From a virus (lineage: Duplodnaviria > Heunggongvirae > Uroviricota > Caudoviricetes), in the IMG/VR virus record IMGVR_UViG_2534681834_000008: a stretch of 8,247 nucleotides of DNA. The stretch is one strand, 5' to 3'. The notes under the pieces were generated by a model. The model worked only from the letters and a program-made list of their open reading frames with translations, searched no databases and was not told the origin of the DNA. Below are positions 1 to 6,944 of the stretch, in pieces. Each line of letters begins with the position of its first letter. Position 1 is the first letter of the stretch. The translations under genes and the position numbers were made by a program.

Positions 1-1143
1 CTATGCTGTTTTGATATCTACGATAATCCAGTCTTTACCACGATCATCATTGTATCGGTCGGTCATTTTTCTGGATTTATGGCCTAACAATTTTTGCGTA
101 TCCAGACCCTGTTCCCGATATAACCGTTCTGACAGAGATCGCTGCTCATGAAATGTGGGCGCAGTTCCTTGCTCCCATTTTATGCCACATTTTTCCCGGG
201 CCTTTTTAAAAGCCGTTGTCAGAGTATTTGCAGAAACCTGGTCTCCTCTGTTTGCTTGAGAGGTAGTGTGACGGTAATGGACCAGATATTTACTAACAAC
301 AGCATCCCTGCACTGAGATATAACTTCACGAAGGGTAATATTCAGAGCATCGCATTTCAGGTTAAGCGGAATAGCAAGTTTTGAACCGGTTTTTTCCTGA
401 GTAATGTGCAACATGTCGTCCCATATATCAGAGAATTTCAAATTGCAGATATCGCCTAAACGTTGTCCAGTAACAAGAGCAAGTAGCATGCCGCATTTTA
501 AATAGGGCTGCCGTCTGCTTACGCTTTCAAATATTGCCTGCCATTCGGGCAGTGACAATCTTTGGCGGTTTACTCGATTTCGCGGTTGTTTTGTTGCCTG
601 CGCTGGGTTAAATCCTGGCGGAACATGTCCTGCGTGTTGTGCTTCTTTGAAGACGTCGATCAACACCATTCTCACGACTTGCGCCATCCTGTTATGACCT
701 TCAGCCTTTACAGCATCAATTATTTCGGCAATATCAAGTGCGGTAATATCCTTGAGGTGTTGCATTCCACAATGCTCACGGAAAAGACGAATGGGTTTGC
801 CTTTTTGCCGATAGGAGTTGGGTCTTAGTTCATTATGTTGCAGCCTGTCCTCCTGGATAGAAATATATTTATCAAGCCATTCTGTCACCGTAATGTCTGA
901 GCGCCTGCCTTTCATTCTTTCCAGACGCTCATTGACGCTTAATATTTGTCGGGTACGTTGTTCAGCAATAATGGTATTTGCTTCAGTAGCAACTTGTTTT
1001 GCTTCATTCTCATCAGTTCCTAAGCTATGAAAACGACCGGATAGTGGATGTTTGTATTGCCAATATACCTTTCCGGTTCGCTTATCTAATTTGCAATATA
1101 AATTGGGTATAGAGATTTTGTGAGATCGGGGTCTAGCAGCCAT
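1..1143 (-). CDS. int: Tyrosine site-specific integrase, lambda Int family (complete)
   Basis: 380-aa ORF from the track; reverse-complement stop TAG sits at window positions 1-3. C-terminal catalytic region HEQRSLSERLY ... LLGHKS ... DRYNDDRG parallels lambda Int (HELRSLSARLY / LLGHKS / YRDDRG, recalled). Start ATG at 1143..1141 overlaps the 3' end of the xis remnant, as for lambda xis-int. Overall sequence is clearly not lambda Int itself. Confidence 0.93.
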   Translation of the reverse strand: MAARPRSHKISIPNLYCKLDKRTGKVYWQYKHPLSGRFHSLGTDENEAKQVATEANTIIAEQRTRQILSVNERLERMKGRRSDITVTEWLDKYISIQEDRLQHNELRPNSYRQKGKPIRLFREHCGMQHLKDITALDIAEIIDAVKAEGHNRMAQVVRMVLIDVFKEAQHAGHVPPGFNPAQATKQPRNRVNRQRLSLPEWQAIFESVSRRQPYLKCGMLLALVTGQRLGDICNLKFSDIWDDMLHITQEKTGSKLAIPLNLKCDALNITLREVISQCRDAVVSKYLVHYRHTTSQANRGDQVSANTLTTAFKKAREKCGIKWEQGTAPTFHEQRSLSERLYREQGLDTQKLLGHKSRKMTDRYNDDRGKDWIIVDIKTA

Positions 1144-1321
1144 CAGCGATTATCCGTTGGAGTTTTGGGTTTGCGTTTATTGGGAGTTGCGGTTCTGCAA
1201 GCGTTCCTACAAAACGGGAATTTCGGTCAATCATCCAGTAGCGACCAACTTTTATAGCGGGTGGGGCCATCATTTTCCCTTGCGCGTATTTTTTCAGAAC
1301 TCGCTCACTTGGTGCTAAGTC
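1133..1321 (-). pseudogene. xis: Excisionase (lambda Xis family), 3' fragment separated from its 5' end by IS10
   Basis: Hand translation of the minus strand from 1321 down to stop TAG at 1135..1133 gives DLAPSERVLKKYAQGKMMAPPAIKVGRYWMIDRNSRFVGTLAEPQLPINANPKLQRIIADGC. It joins in frame, through the 9-bp target duplication, to the 5' fragment at 2651..2707. The stop overlaps the int start by 11 nt. Confidence 0.8.
1313..1321. repeat. IS10 target-site duplication, left copy (TGCTAAGTC)
   Basis: Nine bases immediately left of the IS10 outside end are identical to the nine bases immediately right of the inside end (2651..2659). 9 bp is the known IS10/Tn10 duplication length, and the core matches 5 of 6 positions of the recalled hotspot consensus NGCTNAGCN. 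Confidence 0.92.
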
Positions 1322-1344
1322 CTGATGAATCCCCTAATGATTTT
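1322..1344. repeat. IS10 outside-end terminal inverted repeat
   Basis: CTGATGAATCCCCTAATGATTTT; by hand alignment about 17 of 23 positions match the reverse complement of the inside end. Confidence 0.8.
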
Positions 1345-1367
1345 TATCAAAATCATTAAGTTAAGGT

Positions 1368-1436
1368 AGATACACATCTTGTCATATGATCAAATGGTTT
1401 CGCCAAAAATCAATAATCAGACAACAAAATGTGCGA
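1368..1436 (-). ncRNA. IS10 antisense RNA-OUT (approximate coordinates), complementary to the 5' end of the transposase mRNA
   Basis: Placed from recalled IS10 biology: pOUT starts near IS10 bp 115 and transcribes about 69 nt towards the outside end, overlapping RNA-IN and the transposase start codon at 1429. Not derived independently from the sequence; the ends are approximate. Confidence 0.45.
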
Positions 1437-2637
1437 ACTCGATATTTTACACGACTCTCTTTACCAATTCTGCCCCGAATTACACTTAAAACGACTCAAC
1501 AGCTTAACGTTGGCTTGCCACGCCTTACTTGACTGTAAAACTCTCACTCTTACCGAACTTGGCCGTAACCTGCCAACCAAAGCGAGAACAAAACATAACA
1601 TCAAACGAATCGACCGATTGTTAGGTAATCGTCACCTCCACAAAGAGCGACTCGCTGTATACCGTTGGCATGCTAGCTTTATCTGTTCGGGCAATACGAT
1701 GCCCATTGTACTTGTTGACTGGTCTGATATCCGTGAGCAAAAACGGCTTATGGTATTGCGAGCTTCAGTCGCACTACACGGTCGTTCTGTTACTCTTTAT
1801 GAGAAAGCGTTCCCGCTTTCAGAGCAATGTTCAAAGAAAGCTCATGACCAATTTCTAGCCGACCTTGCGAGCATTCTACCGAGTAACACCACACCGCTCA
1901 TTGTCAGTGATGCTGGCTTTAAAGTGCCATGGTATAAATCCGTTGAGAAGCTGGGTTGGTACTGGTTAAGTCGAGTAAGAGGAAAAGTACAATATGCAGA
2001 CCTAGGAGCGGAAAACTGGAAACCTATCAGCAACTTACATGATATGTCATCTAGTCACTCAAAGACTTTAGGCTATAAGAGGCTGACTAAAAGCAATCCA
2101 ATCTCATGCCAAATTCTATTGTATAAATCTCGCTCTAAAGGCCGAAAAAATCAGCGCTCGACACGGACTCATTGTCACCACCCGTCACCTAAAATCTACT
2201 CAGCGTCGGCAAAGGAGCCATGGATTCTAGCAACTAACTTACCTGTTGAAATTCGAACACCCAAACAACTTGTTAATATCTATTCGAAGCGAATGCAGAT
2301 TGAAGAAACCTTCCGAGACTTGAAAAGTCCTGCCTACGGACTAGGCCTACGCCATAGCCGAACGAGCAGCTCAGAGCGTTTTGATATCATGCTGCTAATC
2401 GCCCTGATGCTTCAACTAACATGTTGGCTTGCGGGCGTTCATGCTCAGAAACAAGGTTGGGACAAGCACTTCCAGGCTAACACAGTCAGAAATCGAAACG
2501 TACTCTCAACAGTTCGCTTAGGCATGGAAGTTTTGCGGCATTCTGGCTACACAATAACAAGGGAAGACTCACTCGTGGCTGCAACCCTGCTTACTCAAAA
2601 TCTATTCACACATGGTTACGTTTTGGGGAAATTATGA
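1429..2637 (+). CDS. tnp: IS10 transposase (402 aa, apparently intact)
   Basis: ORF from the track beginning MCELDILHDSLYQFCPELHLKRLNSLTLACHALLDCKTLTLTELGRNLPTKARTKHNIKRIDRLLGNRHL, which I recognise as the IS10/Tn10 transposase. ATG at 1429 is 107 bp inside the outside end, the canonical position. Confidence 0.95.
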   Translation: MCELDILHDSLYQFCPELHLKRLNSLTLACHALLDCKTLTLTELGRNLPTKARTKHNIKRIDRLLGNRHLHKERLAVYRWHASFICSGNTMPIVLVDWSDIREQKRLMVLRASVALHGRSVTLYEKAFPLSEQCSKKAHDQFLADLASILPSNTTPLIVSDAGFKVPWYKSVEKLGWYWLSRVRGKVQYADLGAENWKPISNLHDMSSSHSKTLGYKRLTKSNPISCQILLYKSRSKGRKNQRSTRTHCHHPSPKIYSASAKEPWILATNLPVEIRTPKQLVNIYSKRMQIEETFRDLKSPAYGLGLRHSRTSSSERFDIMLLIALMLQLTCWLAGVHAQKQGWDKHFQANTVRNRNVLSTVRLGMEVLRHSGYTITREDSLVAATLLTQNLFTHGYVLGKL

Positions 2638-2650
2638 GGGGATCTCTCAG
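2628..2650. repeat. IS10 inside-end terminal inverted repeat (contains a GATC Dam site)
   Basis: Plus-strand GAAATTATGAGGGGATCTCTCAG, reverse complement CTGAGAGATCCCCTCATAATTTC; GATC at 2641..2644. Confidence 0.8.
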
Positions 2651-2659
2651 TGCTAAGTC
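2651..2659. repeat. IS10 target-site duplication, right copy (TGCTAAGTC)
   Basis: Identical to 1313..1321 and immediately abuts the IS10 inside end. Confidence 0.92.
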
Positions 2660-2707
2660 CCCAAATTCTTCTTTAGCCCAGTCCTGTAAAGTGATTAGTC
2701 GAGACAT
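2651..2707 (-). pseudogene. xis: Excisionase (lambda Xis family), 5' fragment with start codon and ribosome-binding site
   Basis: Minus-strand ATG at 2707..2705, preceded by AGAGGAGGACAA (GGAGG about 6 nt upstream). Translation MSRLITLQDWAKEEFGDLA; LTLQDW parallels the lambda Xis N-terminus LTLQEW (recalled). In the present sequence the frame runs into IS10 and would end after about 14 foreign codons. Reconstructed pre-insertion protein is 78 aa. Confidence 0.8.
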
Positions 2708-2846
2708 TTGTCCTCCTCTTAGCTGCTGAGGGAGTTTGTGACCGATATATCTGACATGATATTAAGCTCATGGCAGGTACATCTCTTGACTGGTCATAGA
2801 GATAAATTTAATGCTGAGAAATGCAGTATTGAATTTATCAATTTTT

Positions 2847-3086
2847 CTATTTTCTGCGTATGGCACGTAACTTCTTAATGTGTTCTGCCGTTTCGATCTC
2901 TTCTGCTATCCGATCTGCATCAGCTTTATTCACAGGTTCAAAGTCATGATTAAAGCGGAACATGCTGGCGATACATGTTCTGCCTTTTCGGATGTAGTGA
3001 ACTTTGTTGTGGGTAGAACGCAGGATTTTGCAGGGAGTGCCGTGGTGGTCGACGTACCAGGTGTTAGGAAAAATGATTCTGAACAT
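2847..3086 (-). CDS. Hypothetical small protein (79 aa) in the prophage b-region
   Basis: ORF from the track; minus-strand ATG at 3086 preceded by GAGGTG with about 5 nt spacing. Scattered His/Cys residues (HHGTPC ... H ... C) might bind metal. Sits just upstream of xis, where lambda carries its ea genes. Function not recognised. Confidence 0.6.
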   Translation of the reverse strand: MFRIIFPNTWYVDHHGTPCKILRSTHNKVHYIRKGRTCIASMFRFNHDFEPVNKADADRIAEEIETAEHIKKLRAIRRK

Positions 3087-3133
3087 TTTTACACCTCAGT
3101 TGGACGATGTTGAAATTTGCTGCTTTGAGGCCA

Positions 3134-3352
3134 TCACAATCCCCATTGTTTGTTCTTAAGTTCGATCTCCTCCTGGCAACTTGCACAAGTCCGACAACCC
3201 TGAACGACCAGGCGTCTTCGCTCATCTATCGGATCGCCACACTCACAACAATGAGTGGCAGATACAGTCTGGTAGTTCAGACGACGCATTTTTATTGCTG
3301 TATTGCGCTGTAATTCTTCGATTTCTGATGCTGAATCAATGATGTCTGCCAT
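3134..3352 (-). CDS. TraR/DksA-family C4 zinc-finger protein (72 aa)
   Basis: ORF from the track with the paired Cys motif CCEC ...(about 17 aa)... CRTCASC, at the small size typical of TraR-like proteins. Lambda orf73 in the same region is a recalled TraR homolog. Confidence 0.78.
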   Translation of the reverse strand: MADIIDSASEIEELQRNTAIKMRRLNYQTVSATHCCECGDPIDERRRLVVQGCRTCASCQEEIELKNKQWGL

Positions 3353-3401
3353 CTTCCATTAATCCCTGAATTGTTGGTTAATACGCTTGAGGGTGAATGC
3401 G

Positions 3402-3428
3402 AATAATAAAAAAGGAGCCTGTAGCTCC
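3402..3428 (-). terminator. Candidate intrinsic terminator for leftward transcription
   Basis: Inverted repeat GGAGC (3414..3418) / GCTCC (3424..3428) with a 5-nt loop. On the minus-strand RNA it is followed by UUUUUU AUUAUU (plus-strand A-run 3408..3413). Lies 22 nt downstream of the stop of the 3451..3732 ORF. The stem is short (5 bp), so this is a weak call. Confidence 0.4.
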
Positions 3429-3450
3429 CTGATGATTTTGCTTTTCATGT

Positions 3451-3732
3451 TCACCGTTCCTTAAAGACGCCGTTTAACATGCCGATTGCCAGACTTAAGT
3501 GAGTCGGTGTGAATCCCATCAGCGTTACCGTTTCGCGGTGCTTCTTCAGTACGCTACGGCAAATGTCATCGACGTTTTTATCCGGAAACTGCTGTCTGGC
3601 TTTTTTGATTTCAGAATTAGCCTGACGGGCAATACTGCGAAGGGCGTTTTCTTGCTGAGGTGTCATTGAACAAGTCCCATGTCGGCAAGCATAAGCACAC
3701 AGAATATGAAGCCCGCTGCCAGAAAAATGCAT
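3451..3732 (-). CDS. Hypothetical small protein (93 aa from the first ATG; 71 aa if translation starts at the internal ATG at 3666)
   Basis: ORF from the track. Neither candidate start has a strong Shine-Dalgarno sequence. The reading frame is stop-free and lies in the leftward operon between the methyltransferase and the TraR-like gene. Function not recognised. Confidence 0.55.
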   Translation of the reverse strand: MHFSGSGLHILCAYACRHGTCSMTPQQENALRSIARQANSEIKKARQQFPDKNVDDICRSVLKKHRETVTLMGFTPTHLSLAIGMLNGVFKER

Positions 3733-3742
3733 TCAGTGGTTG

Positions 3743-4300
3743 TCATGCAGCCTCCCGACGGGCAAGAATCCTTGAGCCGAACGCCATCAACTCTCCACGA
3801 TCAACGGTCGTAAAGTGGCAGTGTGTACGGGGGTATGGGTGCCAGATAATGAGCATCGAGCCTTTATTATTTCCACTGACGGGTTTCTCAGTGAGTGGGT
3901 TAATAAATGCCAGTCGTCCTGCCGTGATGAATCTGACCTCACTGGCGGTTTGTATCGCTTCATGAAACCATCCGACAGATGTGTCAGCAGGCAATAACAT
4001 TACACATCCCACACTACTGAATTTGTTTTCAGTGGCTGCCTTTTTCACAAAAGGGGAAATATTGCTGTATGGTGGATTCAACCAGACATAACCAGAGGCA
4101 TATCCCATTGCTTCAGGCCATGAAGTGGTTAATGTGTTCTGCTCCTGTGAGATAAAAAGCCGACATAGTCGGTTTTTTTCGCTGGCGGCAGCATCAAGTT
4201 GAAAAACGAACTCTGCATTAAGCGCAGCAAAAATCTCTGGTGGTGTGCGCCAGCTGTCGCGATGTTCGGCAGGAGTATTGCTTCCGGTGAAATCAGTCAT
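3743..4300 (-). CDS. Phage-type DNA N6-adenine methyltransferase (185 aa), apparently orphan
   Basis: ORF from the track with the catalytic NPPY motif in the context YVWLNPPYSNISPF. Its size and layout fit the small phage Dam family rather than host Dam. The start ATG at 4300..4298 overlaps the stop of the upstream small ORF (ATGACTGA). No adjacent restriction endonuclease candidate is visible. Confidence 0.85.
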   Translation of the reverse strand: MTDFTGSNTPAEHRDSWRTPPEIFAALNAEFVFQLDAAASEKNRLCRLFISQEQNTLTTSWPEAMGYASGYVWLNPPYSNISPFVKKAATENKFSSVGCVMLLPADTSVGWFHEAIQTASEVRFITAGRLAFINPLTEKPVSGNNKGSMLIIWHPYPRTHCHFTTVDRGELMAFGSRILARREAA

Positions 4301-4460
4301 ACAGCCCCCGTTTATTATTTATCTCCTCAGCCAGCCGCTGTGCTTTCAGGGGATTTCGGATAACAGAAAGGCCGGGAAATATCCAGCCTCGCTTTGTAAC
4401 GGAGTAGACGAAAGTGATCGTGCCTACCCGGATATTATCGTGAGGATGCTTCATCGCCAT
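4293..4460 (-). CDS. Small ORF (55 aa) between exo and the methyltransferase; not in the supplied ORF track
   Basis: Hand translation of the minus strand gives [55 protein letters not shown], then stop TGA at 4295..4293. The second ATG (4454..4452) overlaps the exo stop as ATGA, and the ORF end overlaps the methyltransferase start, so the three genes look translationally coupled. The position immediately after exo matches lambda orf60a, which I recall as similar, but I could not verify this. Confidence 0.5.
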   Translation of the reverse strand: MAMKHPHDNIRVGTITFVYSVTKRGWIFPGLSVIRNPLKAQRLAEEINNKRGLYD

Positions 4461-5131
4461 TGCTCCCCAAATACAAAACCAATTTCAGCCAGTGCCTCGT
4501 CCATTTTTTCGATGAACTCCGGCACCATCTCGTCAAAACTCGCCATGTACTTTTCATCCCGCTCAACCACGACATAATGCAGGCCTTCACGCTTCATACG
4601 CGGGTCATAGTTGGCAAAGTACCAGGCATCTTTTCGCGTCACCCACATGCTGTACTGCACCTGGGCCATGTAAGCCGACTTTATGGCCTCGAAACCACCG
4701 AGCCGGAACTTCATGAAATCCCGGGAGGTAAACGGGCATTTCAGCTCAAGGCCATTGCCGTCACTGCATAAACCATCGGGAGAGCAGGCGGTGCGCATAC
4801 TTTCGTCGCGATAGATGATCGGGGATTCAATAACATTTACGCCGGAAGTGAACTCAAACAGGGTTCTGGCGTCGTTCTCGTACTGTTTTCCCCAGGCCAG
4901 CGCTTTAGCGTTAACTTCCAGAGCCACACCGGTGCAAACCTCAGCCAGCAGGGTGTGGAAGTAGGACATTTTCATGTCAGGCCACTTCTTTCCTGATCGG
5001 GGCTTTGCTATCACGTTGTGAACTTCTGAAGCGGTGATGACGCCGAGCCGTAATTTGTGCCATGCATCATCCCCCTGTTCGACAGCTCTCACGTCGATCC
5101 CGGTACGCTGCAGGATAATGTCCGGTGTCAT
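4451..5131 (-). CDS. exo: Lambda-type 5'-3' exonuclease (Red alpha), 226 aa
   Basis: ORF from the track beginning [65 protein letters not shown] and ending GFVFGEQWR, recognised as lambda Exo with only a few substitutions (from memory). The start ATG overlaps the bet stop as ATGA. Confidence 0.96.
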   Translation of the reverse strand: MTPDIILQRTGIDVRAVEQGDDAWHKLRLGVITASEVHNVIAKPRSGKKWPDMKMSYFHTLLAEVCTGVALEVNAKALAWGKQYENDARTLFEFTSGVNVIESPIIYRDESMRTACSPDGLCSDGNGLELKCPFTSRDFMKFRLGGFEAIKSAYMAQVQYSMWVTRKDAWYFANYDPRMKREGLHYVVVERDEKYMASFDEMVPEFIEKMDEALAEIGFVFGEQWR

Positions 5132-5913
5132 GCTGCCACCTTCTGCTCAGTGGCTTTCTGTTTCAGGAATCCAAGAGCTTTCACTGCTTCGGCCTGTGTC
5201 AGTTCTGACGATGCGCGAATGTCGCGGCGAAATATCTGGGAACAGAGCGGCAATAAGTCGTCATCCCATGTTTTATCCAGGGCGATCAGCAGAGTGTTAA
5301 TCTCCTGCATGGTTTCATCGTTAACCGGAGTGATGTCGCGTTCTGGCTGACGTTCTGCAGTGTATGCAGTATTTTCGACAATGCGCTCGGCTTCATCCTT
5401 GTCATAGATACCAGCAAATCCGAAGGCCAGACGGGCACACTGAATCATGGCTTTATGCCGTAACATCCGTTTGGGATGCGACTGCCACGGCCCCGTGATT
5501 TCTCTGCCTTCGCGGGTTTTGAATGGTTCGCGGCGGCATTCATCCATCCATTCGGTAACGCAGATCGGATGATTACGGTCCTTGCGGTAAATCCGGCATG
5601 TACAGGATTCATTGTCCTGCTCAAAGTCCATGCCATCAAACTGCTGGTTTTCATTGATGATGCGGGACCAGCCATCAACGCCCACCACCGGAACAATGCC
5701 GTTCTGCTTATCAGGGAAGGCGTAAATTTCTTTCGTCCACGGATTAAGGCCGTACTGGTTGGCGACGATCAACAATGCGATGAACTGCGCATCGCTGGCA
5801 TCACCTTTAAATGCCGTCTGGCGAAGAGTGGTGATCAGTTCCTGTGGGTCGACAGAATCCATGCCGACACGTTCAGCCAGCTTCCCTGCCAGCGTTGCGA
5901 GTGCTGTACTCAT
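5128..5913 (-). CDS. bet: Single-strand annealing recombinase (Red beta), 261 aa
   Basis: ORF from the track beginning [66 protein letters not shown], recognised as lambda Bet (from memory). The 4-bp overlap with exo is the classic lambda arrangement. Confidence 0.96.
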   Translation of the reverse strand: MSTALATLAGKLAERVGMDSVDPQELITTLRQTAFKGDASDAQFIALLIVANQYGLNPWTKEIYAFPDKQNGIVPVVGVDGWSRIINENQQFDGMDFEQDNESCTCRIYRKDRNHPICVTEWMDECRREPFKTREGREITGPWQSHPKRMLRHKAMIQCARLAFGFAGIYDKDEAERIVENTAYTAERQPERDITPVNDETMQEINTLLIALDKTWDDDLLPLCSQIFRRDIRASSELTQAEAVKALGFLKQKATEQKVAA

Positions 5914-5918
5914 CCGTT

Positions 5919-6215
5919 TTATACCTCTGAATCAATATCAAACTGGTGGTGAGCAATGGTTTCAACCATGTACCGGATGTGTTCTGCCATGCGCTCCTGA
6001 AACTCAACATCGTCATCAAACGCACGGGTAATGGCTTTTTTGCTGGCCCCGCAGCGTTGCAAATGATCGATACAGAGTGATTCAAACAGGTGCTGTGGAA
6101 GACCTTTTTCCATGTCGTCTGCCAGTTCTGCCTCTTTCTCTTCACGGGCGATCTGCTGGTAGTGACGTGCCCAGCTCTGAGCCTCAAGACGATCCTGAAT
6201 GTAATAAGCGTTCAT
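5919..6215 (-). CDS. gam: Host RecBCD nuclease inhibitor Gam, short form (98 aa)
   Basis: ORF from the track beginning [60 protein letters not shown] and ending [10 protein letters not shown], recognised as lambda GamS. AGGAG lies about 7 nt upstream of the ATG. An in-frame TAA at 6272..6270 is 19 codons upstream, so no longer N-terminally extended form can be made here. Confidence 0.94.
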   Translation of the reverse strand: MNAYYIQDRLEAQSWARHYQQIAREEKEAELADDMEKGLPQHLFESLCIDHLQRCGASKKAITRAFDDDVEFQERMAEHIRYMVETIAHHQFDIDSEV

Positions 6216-6291
6216 GGCTGAACTCCTGAAAATGGCTGTGAAAATATCGCCCGCGAAATGCCAGGCTGATTAGGAAAACAGGAAAGAGGGG

Positions 6292-6702
6292 TTAGTGATT
6301 CAGGCCGTTACCGCGTCCGTCGAGAAAAACTTCTACGAGCAAATCACGGGTATAAGTGCGCTCGATGCCGCGATGCAGATAAAGCCGTCCGCGTAAATTA
6401 GCTGATGCAGTCCAGGTACCATCTTTGTGTTTGACCAGCATTCCTGGCATGACCGCACCGCGATTAACGGTCTGCGTTCCGTAATGTTGATGAACCATAA
6501 AAACTCCTGCCCGTAAGCTGGGCTGCTGAACATATAAAGACTTCTGCGCGTATTCAGGCGGTGGATGGCCGCCGGTTGTCATAACTAAGCCGCCTCGTTG
6601 AAGCGACTGAGGTATGAAGTGTTGAGTTGATTTCAGCTGGTCACACCGACGTTCACGCGTCCGCTTCACCCCTCGCACTCCCCGGAGCCTGCTGAAATTC
6701 AA
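6292..6702 (-). CDS. Hypothetical protein at the position lambda uses for kil (136 aa from the first ATG; about 96 aa if started at the internal ATG at 6582)
   Basis: ORF from the track. The C-terminal part (MPGMLVKHKDGTWTASANLRGRLYLHRGIERTYTRDLLVEVFLDGRGNGLNH) looks protein-like. The N-terminal 40 codons of the longest form are Arg-rich and low complexity, so the true start is uncertain. I could not match it to lambda Kil from memory. Confidence 0.5.
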   Translation of the reverse strand: MNFSRLRGVRGVKRTRERRCDQLKSTQHFIPQSLQRGGLVMTTGGHPPPEYAQKSLYVQQPSLRAGVFMVHQHYGTQTVNRGAVMPGMLVKHKDGTWTASANLRGRLYLHRGIERTYTRDLLVEVFLDGRGNGLNH

Positions 6703-6783
6703 GCTGCGGATCTAAGCGGTCATCGCAACGGTGAATCAGGTGATTGCCGTATCGTTGTGTTGTTGCGACATGGTGATAATAGC

Positions 6784-6819
6784 TATTGCTATTGATGATA
6801 TCAATACTTATTGCTATTG
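6784..6819. repeat. Direct repeats flanking a palindrome in the intergenic region (possible operator or protein-binding site)
   Basis: TATTGCTATTG occurs at 6784..6794 and again at 6809..6819, each itself a tandem of ATTGCT-like units. Between them is the 8-bp perfect palindrome TGATATCA at 6796..6803. A second small inverted repeat ATCGC-ATA-GCGAT lies at 6878..6890. Function unknown. Confidence 0.3.
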
Positions 6820-6944
6820 CTAGATGTGTTTTGATATTAAATATTTGATAGCAAAAAGAATTAATTTTGTGACTTGCATCGCATAGCGATAACTGAAGCG
6901 GGGTTGTGGTGGTTTTTTGAACGGTGTGTGTGATGAGGGGAGGC

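Larger units (their letters stand above)
1322..2650 (+). mobile_element. Insertion sequence IS10 (IS4 family), complete, 1329 bp
   Basis: Outside end CTGATGAATCCCCTAATGATTTT begins at 1322; inside end, read on the reverse complement as CTGAGAGATCCCCTCATAATTTC, ends at 2650. Length 1329 bp matches IS10. An intact 402-aa transposase lies inside. GATC Dam sites sit at the recalled positions: 1388..1391 in the pIN -10 region and 2641..2644 in the inside end. Flanked by a 9-bp direct repeat. Confidence 0.95.

Noticed and set aside
148-1030. Plus-strand ORFs 148..384, 562..828 and 818..1030 from the track
   Set aside because: They lie entirely antisense to the well-supported integrase gene and show no recognisable motifs or ribosome-binding sites; they are most likely chance open frames.
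1670-2033. ORFs 1670..1858 (+) and 1842..2033 (-) inside IS10
   Set aside because: Alternative-frame or antisense ORFs within the IS10 transposase coding region; IS10 is known to encode a single protein.
2880-3313. Plus-strand ORFs 2880..3113 and 3107..3313
   Set aside because: Antisense to the 79-aa and TraR-like minus-strand genes, which have better start contexts and fit the operon orientation.
3660-3997. Plus-strand ORFs 3660..3965 and 3815..3997
   Set aside because: Antisense to the methyltransferase gene, which carries a clear NPPY motif.
4245-5952. Plus-strand ORFs 4245..4577, 4460..4771, 5034..5300, 5057..5350, 5476..5952 and 5759..6031
   Set aside because: All antisense to exo, bet or gam, which are confidently identified; long antisense frames are common opposite real coding sequence.
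5445-6187. Minus-strand ORFs 5445..5696 and 5873..6187
   Set aside because: Same strand but alternative frames nested within bet and gam; the products are low complexity and redundant with the recognised genes.
6216-6272. Possible long-form Gam N-terminal extension
   Set aside because: An in-frame TAA at 6272..6270 lies 19 codons upstream of the gam ATG with no start codon in between, so only the 98-aa form is encoded here.
6333-6533. Minus-strand ORF 6333..6533 (66 aa)
   Set aside because: Alternative frame inside the 6292..6702 ORF; there is no independent support.
6784-6819. Tandem ATTGCT-type repeats as a possible CRISPR array or minisatellite
   Set aside because: There are only two 11-bp copies, with no regular repeat-spacer periodicity and no cas genes; better explained as a protein-binding site.
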